Part shown: positions 1 through 17,605 of the stretch, one piece after another
Layout: every line of letters starts with the position of its first letter
How positions within the stretch are numbered: position 1 is the stretch's first letter
Origin: the human T2T-CHM13v2.0 reference genome, Homo sapiens
Length of the DNA stretch: 64,000 nt
Strand: one strand, 5' to 3'
Assembly (NCBI RefSeq): GCF_009914755.1
Contig: NC_060947.1
Made by a program: the position numbers and the translations under genes
Notes under the pieces: generated by a model
The model's database searches: none
What the model saw: the letters and a program-made list of their open reading frames with translations, nothing else
What the model was told of the DNA's origin: nothing

Positions 1-187
1 TATGTAAGAGTAATTAACAAGCATAAAGTTTCAGTCAAGCAAGATGAATAAGCTTCAGAGATCTGTTATATCACATTGTACCCACAGTCAACATATAATA
101 TGTTGAAATGTATTGTAAACGTAACAATTTATTGAGAGTAGATTGCATAGTAAGTTTTCTTACCATAATACTAATACTAATAATAAA
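1..187 (+). mobile_element. Old L1M (L1MA/MB-type) 3' end fragment
   Basis: aaagtttcagtcaagcaagatgaataagcttcagagatctg resembles the L1MB 3' UTR and ends in an A-rich tail. Confidence 0.6.
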
Positions 188-884
188 ACCATCTATGTTT
201 TAATCAGTGTTTGCCAGTCATGAAATCTGTGTCACTCTATGAAGAGAATGTTCAGATCAAAGTCAGATAGTCTAGAAAATACCACTTAATGTTCTCGCTG
301 AATGATCTTTAAATAGCCACACACATTAATTAATTTTCTGCCATACTTCACTGGGGTTGCAATCTTTTTCAGCAAATTGAGACAGAGACTCCATAATGAG
401 AACAAAACTATATCAAACACCATTTCAGCAAAAATTGAAAAATCAAAAGTGATAATATTTCTGAAGTAATGGCTATGTTGAAAAGAGTAAATGCCATCAA
501 ATGCATCTATTTTCCTGTCAAGTGCTGTAATGAGACTAGCTGAGAAACAAGATGCCAAATTAATGCCCCTTAAAGGCTGTTGCATTTTCTTCCATCAGTT
601 TTCTTCTCCTATCATTTAGGAATATCAATAAACTCCCAAAGAGAAGCTTTGGCAGTTACCACTGTCATTTTGTGTTTCTCTTCCCCTCAAATGATTCTTA
701 CTAAAGACTTCAGTCACCTGCTATCTCCCTCTGTAGTAATGTGCATCGAAAAGAATTGAGCATAAGCCTTTGCCCCAAATCCTCAATTTGAATAGTTTCA
801 TCAACTAGAAGCAGTTCTGAAGCCCCTGTGGAAGGCAAAGTGCTTGGAAATCTAAGATTCTTACAGTTCCATATATTATTTACT

Positions 885-2215
885 TTAACAATTTATTGAG
901 ATACAATTCACCTTGCAAGTCACCCATTTAAGTGTACTATTCAATGGTTTTTAGTACATTTTCAGAGTATTGCAAGGATCACCACAATCTAATTTTAGAA
1001 CATTTACTCACCCAAAAAGAAGTCACTACCCATTATTCCTCCCACCTCACTTCCAAGCTCACCTCACCTCCTGTCCCGATCCCCCAGCACTAGGAAACCA
1101 CTAATCTACTTTCTATATATAGTTGACCTTTATTAAAATTTCATATAAATGGAATAATAAAATATGTGGTCTTTTGTTACTGGCTTCTTTCACATAATAT
1201 AATGTTTGCAAGGGTCATCTATGCTAAAGCATTTATCAATACCTCATTCTTTTTATTGCTGAATATTATTCCATTGTGTGAACACGCCATATTTTCTTTT
1301 TTTTTTTTTTAACCTTTAAGTTCAGGGGTACATGCGCAGGTTTGTTGTACAGGTAAATTTGTGTCATGGGGTTTTTTTTGTATAGATTATTTCATCACCC
1401 AGGTATTAAGCTTAGTACCCATTAGTTATTTTTCCTGCTCTTCTCCCTCCTCGCAACCTCCACCCTCCAATAGGCCCCAGGGAGTGCTGTTCCCCTCTAT
1501 ATGTCCATGTGTTCTCATCATTTAGCTCCCACTTATGAGTGAGAACATGTGGTATTTGGTTTTCTGCTCCTGCATTAGTTTGCTAAGAATAAGGGCCTCC
1601 AGCTCCATCCATGCCACATTTTCTTTATGCATTCATCAGTTGGCGAACATTTGGATTCTATTTACTTTTCGGCTACTATGAATAATGATGCTATTTACAT
1701 CCATGCACAAGTTGTTGCATGAATATGTTTTCATATCCCTTCCACAGATACCCAAGAGTGGCATTGCTGGGGCATATGGTAACTTTATGTTCAACATTTT
1801 GAAAAACTGCCAATATATTTTCCAAAGTTACCACACTATTTTACATTCCTACCAGCAATGTATGAAGGTTCAAATTTCTCCTTCACATCCCTGCCCAAAA
1901 CTTCTTGTTGTCTTTTTGATTATAGCCATCCTAGTTGGTGTAAAGCAGTATCTCATTGTGGGTTTGATTTCCATTACCCTAATGACCAATGATTTTGAAC
2001 ATCTTTTCATGTGTTCTTGGCCATTGGTACACTTTCTTTGAAGAAATGTCTAGTCAGATCTTCTGCCCATTTTTAACTGAGTTATTTGTCTTTATTATTG
2101 AGTGGTAAAAGTTCTTTATACATTCTGGATACAAGTACCTCATCAGATAAATTATTTGCAAATATTTTCTCTCATTCTGTGGGTTATCTTTTCTGTTTCC
2201 TGAGAGCGTCCTTTC
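885..2215 (-). mobile_element. L1MB-like 3' fragment, interrupted by a younger L1PA piece
   Basis: tttattgagatacaattcacc...aagtgtactattcaatggtttttagtaca is a typical antisense L1MB end, followed by ORF2-3' like sequence. Confidence 0.75.
1300..1612 (-). mobile_element. 5'-truncated older L1PA 3' end nested in the L1MB
   Basis: Poly-T then ttaagttcaggggtacatgcgcaggtttgtt. Approximate TSD gcca(t/c)attttcttt at 1286 and 1613. Confidence 0.85.
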
Positions 2216-2844
2216 AAGCATACACCTCATCCTGCTTTTGCAAAGTTCAGGCAGTCTGAATCTGCCACAGGTGTGTTGGTAAATACTGATTGACTGCCAA
2301 AATTATATTGATTCCTTCTTGCCCTTAGGAAAATATCTAAACACTTCATTATGGCATTCATCTTTTGTAATCTGGCCCGACCCTTCTCTTTACCATTACT
2401 CCCTGCCTTTCCCCCTGCCCGCCTGCACCCAATGGACCTTATGCCCCTCCTTCAAGAGTCTTTTCACTCTTTCCGCTGTCTAGAATGATCCCTCCCTGCC
2501 TGCCTTTTCTCCAACCATAGCCCCCATGCCTCTCCCTCCATATATATACGTACTCATAGTATTTCTGTTCACTAGGTAAACCCACCATCTCTAATGTTCA
2601 TGCTTGGATATACCTCAAGGAATATACTTGAGATACACCTTTCTTGGCTTCCTCGGCGAAGTTAGATACTCTGTTCTTGGTATTCCCACGGCATTCTTTT
2701 GTTCATCTCTCTCAGAAAGCACTTCACATATCATAGCATAATATGTCATTCCCCTACGTGGGCATTTTCCCACAAGACTGGTACAATTCTCCTAAACTAG
2801 GATGTTGCGAGATTTACTTCTGGCACATAGTAGGGGCTTGCAGA

Positions 2845-3225
2845 AACTATCAACGCTCTTTAAAAATATTCCAGTTTCCTTTTCCTTTCAGGCAGACAGT
2901 TAGCTTGCATTTGCCCAGCCCTTTAAAGTTAGGGATGGCTGTGTGGCCATTTTGGCTAATGAAATATGAACAGAAATGACATATCATTAAAATGAGGACC
3001 CTTTAAAAGCCAATGTGCTATTTGCCGAGCTGTGTTTTCTTACTATAGTGATCATGAAAGCATAATTAAGATGAAACTGAGTCAGTGAAGGACCACAATC
3101 AGCATAGTACCATGCCATACCACAGTAGACATGTACTATGAGTAAAACAAAAAAAATGTGTGTTAAGCCACTTCAGTTTAGAGACTCTGTTACCACATCA
3201 TAACCTAGCCTCTCCTGACTAGTGC
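2845..3225 (+). mobile_element. MLT1-type MaLR solo LTR
   Basis: tgcatttgcccagccctttaaagttagggatggctgtgtg...aagccac...ataacctagcctctcctgacta resembles the MLT1 LTR body and end. Confidence 0.55.
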
Positions 3226-4204
3226 TGGACTAAATACATGTCTGTTGAAAGAATGCAATGAAAATGCAGTGCAGGTCACTATCTCTTTAGTTTGCCTATA
3301 ATGGAGTAAATCACTCTTCTCTTGCTTTATCTCAGTATGTATACTGTTAAATAAATAGCAATGATTGCTTCCTAAATGTATTCTACTTCACTCTACTAGT
3401 AGTCTGCTAAATTTGAATGTAAAGCAGAACTATTTTCTCCTTGCATTACAAATGGAACATCTGAAAGTCTTCACAATTTCCAATTCTTATTTCTTGAAAG
3501 TAGCACACTGGATTACTCTTACAACAAATTTTTTAAAAAGCATTCAAAAATACCCTGTTAAAATGTACCTTCTGAGGCAGATACTCCTGACATACAGCTG
3601 CATTTGACTTCAAAATTTATCATGGGAATAAGCATAAATTGTTTATACATGGATCATGGATATTTATCCCTATGAAAACATTTGGCTTTGGAGAATAGTC
3701 TGAGAGAAGCTGTCTGGGGGTTGAGGTGGGAAGTAATGTACATGGGGTTATAGAGTAGCCTTTTTCTTCAGCGATGCTTGCAGAGAATTCTTTTTTAGAG
3801 TTGAGGATTCTCAAAATGACTATGTCATTTAAGCACACAAAATTAGTGACTTTTGAAAACTATGATTTAAATTTTCTGGTGGCAAGCATATCTAAGTGGA
3901 TAAATTTATAAATAATCCAGTTTATTCCTGAGTCACTGTTGACCTGTATACTCAGAGATGATACCTTTCTGTTTTGTTCAGCCACTTACTTTTGTACATA
4001 TCTCAATGTTTGCACTTTCGGCTGAATTTTAATCGTTTGATTATATGTCTGTCTTTGGTCTGTGAAAAACACATTTTAATTATTCATACATTCCTCATAG
4101 AAAAAATAGACCCATTTTTTAATTGATTAAGGGGTTGCATGCATGAGTTATGAGTGAATGCTAAGTTAGTTGTGAGACTTTGAGCAAACCGCTTTTAGTC
4201 TCTC

Positions 4205-4450
4205 TAGACCTGAGCTATCCAATACAATATCGACTAGCTACATGTGGCCAGTAAGCACCTGAAATGTGGCTACATGTGTAAAATACACATCAGATTTTAT
4301 GTCTAAAATACACATCAAATTTTGAATACTTAATACCAAAAAAAACCTCACAAATAACAGCGTTCATATTGATTGTATACTAAAATAATAATGTTTTGGG
4401 TATATTAGGTTAAATAACTATTTAAATTATCACACCTGCATCTTTTTACA
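4205..4450. mobile_element. MER3/MER33-type hAT-Charlie element, left part (remainder near 7480-7520)
   Basis: gagctatccaata...ctagctacatgtggccagtaagcacctgaaatgtggcta; the complementary terminus tattggacagagc lies at about 7508-7520. Confidence 0.6.
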
Positions 4451-4645
4451 TTTTTTTATTTTCAAATAATTATAGAGTCCCAAAACAATTCAAAAATATT
4501 ACAGAGAGGTTCTGAGTGCCTTTAACCAGCTTCCCCTCTGATAACATCTTACATAACTACAATACAACATCAACATTTTAAAATTGACATTTATATAATA
4601 CACACGCCTTATTCAGACTTCACCAGTTTGACATGCATACATTTT

Positions 4646-4646
<1 letters not shown>

Positions 4647-4689
<43 letters not shown>
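4647..4689. repeat. (GT)21 microsatellite
   Basis: Perfect GT run. Confidence 0.97.
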
Positions 4690-4690
<1 letters not shown>

Positions 4691-6232
4691 ATGAGTTCCA
4701 TACAATTTTATTCCATGTGTAGCTGCATAAGATCACCACTAAAATCGAGATGCACAACCATTCCATCACCGCAAAGATCTCCCTTGTGCTACTCCTCCAT
4801 AAACCCATCCTTACCCTAACACCTCGTCAGCAAACCCTAGCGAATCACAAATTCTCCACCTCTATAATTTCTTCATTTAAGGAATGTTATATAAAAGAAT
4901 CATATCATGTATCCTTTTGAAATAGGTTTTTTTCCACTCATCATAATGTCCTTGAGATTCATCCTAGTTGTTGCATGTATCAATAGTTGTTCTTTTTATT
5001 GCTTAGTCATATTCATGGGATAGATTACCACAGTTTGTTTAACAACCCAGTGCTGGCGATTTGGGCTGTTTCCAGTTTGAGGCTATTAAAAATAATCTGC
5101 TATGAACATTCATCTATAGGATTTGTGTGAATGTAAGTTTTCATCTTTATGAAATGAATGCCAATTATGAAATGAATGCCAATAAGTGTGACTGCTTGGT
5201 CATATGTTAAATACATGCTTAGTATTTTTAGGAAACTAGTTGTTTAAGAACATAGGTGTATAGTGATATATGATTGTGGTTTTCATTTGTATCTCTCTAA
5301 TAGCTAATAATATTCAATACCTTTTCACGTGCTTATTCGCCATCCATATATCCTCTTGTAAAATGTTCATTTCTCTTGCTGATTTTCTAATTGGATTGTG
5401 TTTTTTATCTGTTTCTTCTGGTTTTTTTACTGTTGGGTTTTGAAATATTTTTGCATATTTTACATACAAGTCCTTTGTCAGATAAGAGATTTACAGATAT
5501 TTTCTCCCAGGTTGTAGGTTGTCTTTCCATCTTCATAGCAGAGTCTTTTGCAGAGCAAATTTTTAATTTCAATGAAGTCCAATGTATCAACTGTTTTCTT
5601 TTGTGAATTCCTAGATCCCAAGTATTTTTGTTTCTTCTAAAAGATTTATAGCTTTACATTTTGATCCACTGATCCGTTTTGAGTTAAATTTTTTAAGTTG
5701 AGAGGTTTAGGTCAAGTTCCCGTGTTTGTCTATGGGTGTCCAATTGCTCCAGCAATGTTTGTTGAATTGCTTTTGCATCTTTGTCAAAGGGACATGGTTG
5801 TTTCGGTCTATTTCTAGGTTCTACATTCTGTTCCATTGATCTATAATATTCATCCCTTCACTAATACCAGTCTTGGTTAATAAAGATTTATAATAAGTCT
5901 TGAAATCAGGTAGACTGTTTTCTCTTTATTCTTCCCTTTCGAATTTGTTTTAGCTATTGTAGTTCATTTGCCTTTTCATATAAACTTTAGAATAAGCTTG
6001 CATATATTCACAAATAATGTTGCTGAAATTTTGACAGGAACTGCATTAAATTGGGGGAGAAATTATATTTTTACTATATTGAGTCTTCCACTCCTTGAGT
6101 ATGGTATGTTTTTCTCTCTTTATTCAGATCTCGGACTTCTTTCATCAGCATTTAGCAATTTTCAGTATACAAGTCTTGTCATGTTTTGTTAGATTTATAC
6201 TTAAGCATGTCATTACTGAGGAGTTATTGTAA

Positions 6233-6598
<366 letters not shown>

Positions 6599-8419
6599 TG
6601 AAAAATACAATTGATTTTTGTATGTTGATTTTGTCTCTGCAACTTTGCTGAACCTACCTGTTAGTTCTAGGAGGTATTTTTGTAGATTCCTGGAAATTTT
6701 ATATGTAGATTGTGTCATCGGAAAATAGGAACAATTTTATTGTTTCTTTCCTAATCAACATGCTTTTCTTTCTTTTTCTTGCCTTATTACTCTAGCTGGG
6801 ATTTTCAGTAGTGTGTTGAATAAAAGTGGTGAAAGTGCCTGCACTTGCATTGTTTACAAACTTAAGTGTAAAGTATTCAGACTTTTACTATTAACCATGT
6901 TACTGTTACAAAGTACATGTACAAAGTACAAAAAGCTGTGGTCTTTTTGTAAATGTCCTTTATTATATTGAGGAAGTTATCCTCTATTCCTAGTTTGGCT
7001 AGAGTTTTTATCATAAATGGGTGTTGAATTATGTCACATGCTTTTTCTGCATAAATTGATGAAATCATGCAATTTTTCTACTTTAGCCTGTTAATGCAGT
7101 GTTTTATTAAAGTGACAAATTTTTGAATATTCAAACAGCCTTGCATCCCTGAAATAAACTCCAGTTGGTGTATGTGTGTATATATGTGTGTATATACATA
7201 TGTATGGATGTACATTTATATATTGCTAGATTCCATTTGCTAACTTTTTTTGAGGTTTTATTTCATCTGTGTTCATAAGGGATATTGGTCTGTAGTTTTC
7301 TCTTTGTTTGTACTGGATTTGTCTTTTTCCAGTCTCAGGGTACTATTAGCCTAATAAAATAAGTTGGGAAGTGTTCCCTCCTCCTTTTCTATCTTCTGTA
7401 ATAAAAACATTGTAGAATATGTGTTAATTCCTCTTTAAATGTTTAAAAGCACCTAGGAGAGAGGATATATTTTGAGAGACTTTTAAAAATACAAATTAAA
7501 AATTATCTATTGGACAGAGCCATGTGTAGACCTTAGCCTTTGCACTTGCAAATCAAAGCTTTACAAGAGATGCTCTCCAAAGTCAATCCTTTACACCTCT
7601 ACAACCCCATGATTTTAAGAATTGTTGTTTGACTTCTTTATGCAATGCAAAATGATATAGATAATCTTGTTTATCTTTCTACTTACCTACATCATAGTTA
7701 TCAGAAATGAAATAGTTCTGGAAAGCCCTTCAAATGCCTCAAAATAGAGGCAAGGTTATTATTATTTTTAAAATGAATACCAATATGTTAACATTTCTAT
7801 AGGAAGTAGTTGGTAAGCAAGGATTTCTCTGAAGGAGCTTATTGCAGGTGCTAATCAGCTCACACTATTTTTTACTGTCTGTGCTGAAAAAAGAATTAAT
7901 TACTTCAGTAACCTCACTTCTTCACATACCTAAATAATGCATACCCCTATTCTGTGGAGAATAAACTAAATTTGATAGAGAAAAGTTTAATGCGTAGCTA
8001 AAGATAGCACTGTAATCTCCTTGAAAGAACTCTCAGCACTCTCCTCCCTCCTTTTAAACAGACTTTCCTTTTCTGAAACTGCTAATGAATGGTTCTTGTA
8101 TCCTTGTGATTCCCTCTCTCATTGTATATCCTCCCACATATTTCCAAAGACTATTAAAGTTCATTTTCTTCCAATATTCATAAGTAATTTTCCTGAAGTC
8201 CATTGGATCCTTACCAGAACAATTGCAATAACCTGTCCCCGAAAGTCTTGTTTTCTAGAAGCATTGTTTAAAATTAAGACATTGCCTTTGAGCTTCAGGT
8301 ACAAGATACATAAAGTTCTCACTCCATCACTACAAAGTTCCCCAGTGGTCTAGTCATCTCTCATTGAAATTGTTTCCCTTAAAATACGTGTTTCTCCATC
8401 ATTCTACAAAAAGGGCATT

Positions 8420-8740
<321 letters not shown>

Positions 8741-9354
8741 TGATGATTTTCATCTCCAAAACTGAGTAGTCTACCTCCCTCCTGTCATTCTGAAGAATTT
8801 TATATTGTTTACCAAAACTCCTCGACAAGTTCTCCTGCCTTATTTCCTACTATGTAGACTCTCTCTTCACCTACCTTCCTGTTTTTCTCTTCTCATTATC
8901 TAATCATATGAATTCTATGGTTCCTTAAAATGTTCTTAAACCTGTCTTTCACTACTGTCTATTTGTTCAAGTATTCAATTAGAGTTTCAACTATAACTTC
9001 TATGCTGACTATTCTCAAATCTCTCTTCGTCTTCTCATCTGAACTACAGTCCCAAATCTCCAGGTTCAGTTAGCATTTTTACTTGTATGCCCCCCACAAC
9101 ACCACAAACTGGACATGACTGAAACCAAACTCCTCTGCTTCCCCTCCGCCTTTCCTGTCGAATGGCTTCAAGATTCTCTGCTTCAATAAGTCTCTAACCT
9201 GGAAGACTGAGTCATCTTTAATTAAAGACTCTTTTTATCTGAGAACCAGGCACCAAATCAAGCACATTTTTTCCCTAGAAACTAGGATTAGGTGGAAGGG
9301 AAAAGACCTTGAAGCTAACCATATCCACGTTTAAATTTATTCATGTTTAAAGTT

Positions 9355-9525
9355 ATTTACCGTAACTTTGCATGAACTTGGATATATTATCTAACATCTC
9401 TGAGCTTCAATGTTTTCACATGAAAAAGACGGAAAATACATACCATGAAGTTGCTGTGGTAATTTAATGAGATAATACACTTAAAATGTTTGGCATATAG
9501 TAGAACTCAAAAATGTTAGTTGCTT
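9355..9525 (+). mobile_element. MIR SINE
   Basis: aacatctctgagcttcaatgttttcacatg...taatgagataatacacttaaaatgtttggcatatagtag matches the MIR core and 3' end. Confidence 0.65.
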
Positions 9526-10094
9526 CTCAGACGTGATTTTTCTATCTGTTCCATTCTCCGAGTTCCCACTGCTAAACTACCACACTCTGTTCAAGTCCCT
9601 CAGTCCCATGTACTTGAGATATCAAAAACAAAGCCCCCATTTTTCAACCCCACTTCCCTGCATTCTACTTTCTCCAAAGGGACCCACTTCCTTCATTAAT
9701 GTCATATGACTCCTTCATTCTAAGTTTCCCACTGTTTTACCATATTAACTTGATAGTTCATTGACTGTCCTTAAGGTTCCTAAAAGTTCCCTTTTCCTTT
9801 CCCCTGACCCAAACCATCCTTCTCCATTTCCCCTTTCTCCTTAACCTGAATTTTTTGTCCTAGTCCTCCAGGCTGCCCTGATTTCTTCCCAAAGGCCACA
9901 CTTGTTTTTTTTCCCTGAAACTTTAACATCCTTCTATCTCTAATTTCATACCTCCTATAGTATCAGATCAAACCCACTCCCCTTATAGGTCTTTGCCTCA
10001 ACTCTCCAGCCTCTCCAACCTCCCTTCGGCCCTTCTTGCCTGCAACCATTATTAACACCTAATAGCATTCTAATTTGTGTTTGTTGGGCTAATT

Positions 10095-10460
10095 GTCTTA
10101 GTCTGGCCAGGCTGCTATAACAAAACACCATAAACTGGATGGCCTATAAACAACAGGAATTTATTTCTCACAGCTCTGGAGTCTGGGAAGTCCAAAATCA
10201 AGTTACCAGCAGACTTGGTGTCTGGTAAGGGCCCGCTTCCCGGTTGACAGATGGCCACCTTTCCATTGTAACCTCACATCACAAAAAAGGCATGGGGTTT
10301 CTCTCAGGCCTGTTTTACAAGGGCAAGCTAATCCCATTCATGAGAGCTGTACTCTCATGACCGAGTCACCTCCCAAAGGCCCCATCTCCTAACACCATCA
10401 CCTTTGGGGTTAGGATTTCAACATAGGAACTTCGGGGGAACAAAAACATTCAAACCACAT
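10095..10460 (-). mobile_element. MLT1A/MST-type MaLR solo LTR
   Basis: tgtcttagtc...gctgctataacaaaacaccataaactgg...atttctcacagctctggagtctgggaagtccaa. Confidence 0.85.
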
Positions 10461-12674
10461 TCGATGTTCCACATCAGTGCTTACAAGCACTTGGGTTTCA
10501 TACACCAATAACATTTCAAAGCCTAATTAGGCTACTGGCCATTAGATTTACATTCTTTCTTGCCCTAGGAGAGACCTTTAAAAATAATTTGAAATCCTTA
10601 TTTCATTTTAAAAGTATATTTTACAAAAGATAGTAGGGCATAATGTTAGAATAAAAAAGTTTACATTGAATAAATTTAGATTTGGGTAAAAAAGTTCTAT
10701 TATCCTTGTTTTTTTTGTTTGTTTGTTTCTTTTTTTTTTTTTTTTCATTTTGATATGGACCAGAGGAAGCTATCAGGAAAATCCTTGGACAGGGAATCTC
10801 CATGATTGTCTCTCTATACCTACTGTTTCTGTAACAGGGATAATTGATACTTGGAGAGTTCCTACTATGAACCAATTAGTAAAACTTTGTGTGTGCCTGT
10901 GTGTGTGTATGAGACAGGTACTAGTATGCCATTCTACAGACAGCAAAACTAAAACAATTTTCTCATGACTCACAGTGAATAAATGGTGAAAGTGATATTT
11001 GGACCCAGTTATTTAAGGTCCAGTGTTCTTGATTGCTAACTACACCACACTGCTGCTACTTCTTTAGACTCTGTGGTATGAGTATGATTCTATATACAAA
11101 ATAAACATACCAATATGTACAATGATAATTGCAACATTTGCCATAATATAGCACACCTATTGAACAGAATAATGGCCAGATATATATCATCCCAAGGAAA
11201 CTACTTCCATAAAGAGTATTTATAAATTGTAAAGTGCTGTACAGATGCAAAACCAACTGTAATTATTATCATCAACAGTGCTAACTGGAATTCCATAAGT
11301 CAAGTTTGCCTTAGACCATCACAGCAGATTTATTAAATAAAACACTATCACTATCATTTCTAAGGGAGTCCCATATATGAGACTATTTTAGGCCAGCAAC
11401 ATTAACTCATCTTTAAGAGAGTTTTGAAGAAATCGGAGTGATGGCAAATTAGCCCAATTCACTGCCTGCAATATTTCACTCTCTTACTGTTGCCTCTAAG
11501 ATTATAGGGACTGCCCTAAGCAAAATGGTAGAAACCGTCTTAAACATACTCTTGTCTTTCCTTACATAACCCTTTTTATCTTACCTTGGGGGAAACTTTA
11601 CACATTCTTCCCATCTTTCCCACTCTCTGCCCTAAAAGAATCTTTTAGCCAGCTGTTCCACTGGAAAGCATCTAACCGACAAATTCACATTTTTGTGTTT
11701 TGTTTTTCCAGGACCATGCTAATAACATACCAAGCCATAAGCCATAGAGATACATATTTAGTGAGAATATTTCAGATACAGTGAATAAGGCCGTTGTAGA
11801 GATATTTAGAGCAAAGAACATCACACTGGTGGCCCTTAATTGAGCTGACAAATATTTTTTCCAACTGATACGGGCAATTGTAAATGGTAATGAATCATCC
11901 TGAAAGCACAATCCCTCTCAGTATCTTCAATACCCACAAGTCTTCTACCAGTTCTGTGTCATCACAGTAATTCACCACAATGAGTTCCACCTTAAAGTGC
12001 ACTGCTCTCTACCCAGATTTTACAACTACCCCTCTCCCAACAATATGACTTTTCTTCACTTCACTTTCATGGCCTCTTCTATTTTTCTGTATCACCCACA
12101 AAAAATAAGAATAGAAGCAAGTCACTTCGTAGTAAAGGAGTAATGTCCTGTACTATTTTCCCGACTGGCCACAAGTCAACAAATGGTTCTAAATTTTTAC
12201 TCTCAATAATTTGCTGAGTACCTTCAGTCAATTCCAGAAAGATTTTGGAACCTCAATTTCACTCTCTGTAATAAGGGAGAACAAAATGACCTCTGATGTA
12301 CCCAACACCTGTAGAATTCTACAGTTCTGTAATATTAACTATTATTCAAAGTAAAGATGAAGGCATAAAGACAGAGAAACATAATACATCCTTCAAGAGG
12401 TAAAAGCCACGTGTAACTAAACAAATTTCCTTTTAAAATAATGAATAAACTAGAAGACATTGAGAATGCCTTAAAATTCCTAATACAATTCATGGAGAAG
12501 TATGGAGGAGTTGTAATGTGACTTGATCAGAATATATCCGGTTCAACAACCAGATGAAAAAAAAAAATTGGTCAGGTAATTTGTATTTATCCATACCAGT
12601 GGTTTCCAAAATACATTCCAAAGAACACTACTAATTGTAAAAAATAATAATAAAGATTGCATTTAAATGCAAAC

Positions 12675-13308
12675 TGAGCCCTTGAGGGTTGTCTGGACTT
12701 AGTGACTCATTCCACAAAATAGAGTATGGAAAGGGAGAAATAATAATTTTACAGTGTAGAAAACTTGAATAACACAAATTATCCAAGGGACCGAGGTTGA
12801 CCTTACCAATGATGGGTCACGTTGACATCAGGTACCTATCTCCCCAGTATGATGTGATGAGATAGGCTCTTCATCTCTGTGATATTTTCTTCCAAAAGCC
12901 CATAACCCCAGTCTAATCATGAGAAGTTACATCAAGCATACCTTTTTGAAGGACATTCTACAAAATTCCTGATCATTACTCCTCAAAACTGGAAAGATTA
13001 TGAAAAATAAGAAAAAACTGAGAAACTCTCACAAACTGTACATAACTAAATGCAGTATGGTGTCCTGGAGTGGAACTTGAAACCGAAAAAATACATTAAT
13101 GGAAAACTGGTAGCATAAAGTTTGGAATTTAGCTAATGGTAACACACCAATAGTGTTTTCCTATATTTGACAAATGTATCATGATAATGAGATATGATAA
13201 GATTAGAGGAAACTGAAACTGGCTGAGGCTATACAGGAACCTCTCTGCACTACCTCCGTAACTGTTCTGTGAATCTGAAATTATTCCAAATAAAAAGCTT
13301 ATTTAAAT
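12675..13308 (+). mobile_element. L1MC/MD 3' end fragment
   Basis: ggacttagtgactc...ccccagtctaatcatgagaa...aaattattccaaataaaaag. Confidence 0.7.
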
Positions 13309-13549
13309 AATTGATGAAGATATCCATTAGCAAATTCGTTTGGGGAACTTTGGATTAAACAACTGATTTTTCTCAATGTCTGTAAATATCATAGCTCCTA
13401 AAATATCCAATAAGCATTGTGATTTTAACAGAGAGAATATAGGGTGCTGTGTTTCTCAAACATATTTGACCAGAAACCTTTTTATTTCTTCAAATAGCAT
13501 CTTTTACAAAAAGTACTGACACAGAGAAGTTTTCTCCCAAGGTGTCAGA

Positions 13550-14730
<1,181 letters not shown>

Positions 14731-15299
14731 CTAAGGTCTCAGAAGCTATCAAACCACAGGGAAGGAAAAAAAATGAAGAGGCACTGAGAAAAGTGACAAA
14801 CCACTAAAAACAGCCCCTAAAGTACCTTAGGCACTGCTTTACCTCTCTTCTAACCATCATCCCTGTAATAATATCTGGAAACTGCCTAAACAAGTGTTGA
14901 CATTTAGTTGATGAATTAAGGCAAAACGCTGTCCTAGAGTGTGCACCTAAGAGATTTCTGATTAGTAGAATTTAAGTTACACTAGAGGACAGGGAATGAT
15001 GAATTTATCCTGACAAAGTACTGTATTCACTCCAAAAGAAATTTACCAAAATAAATGAACACACGAATATATAAATAAATAGTTTTACTTTAAATGCATT
15101 ATTTTTTTCTCTTAGGGAAATAACTGGCTTATATAAAGGACAATGTGTATATGGTGTGTATGTTTAAGGCGTGCTTCAAGGTTGCTCTCAAGCTGAGCCA
15201 GAACTATCACGAGAAGAGTGAAAGGAGCACCCGGGACGCAGAAGTTAAGGAGGCAGTTACTCCTAGGGTCCTGTAAGTGCTGGCAGGGTCAGCCCGTGA

Positions 15300-17478
<2,179 letters not shown>

Positions 17479-17605
17479 AAAGTTGTACCAGGCTACTGGA
17501 AGATTCCAGGCATGTTAAAGATATGCAGTATTGAATATATGTAAGGAAGTATTGGAAACATACTAGCCATTTGAAGACATAACTAATTCTTAAATAATAC
17601 TGCTA

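Noticed and set aside
5147-5182. 2 x 18 bp duplication ttatgaaatgaatgccaa
   Set aside because: Ordinary slippage duplication inside an old L1.
11685-11920. Strong-looking plus-strand splice acceptor (ttttgtttttccag) near 11711
   Set aside because: All three downstream frames hit stops quickly and the sequence resembles a CR1/L3 relic; no evidence of an exon.
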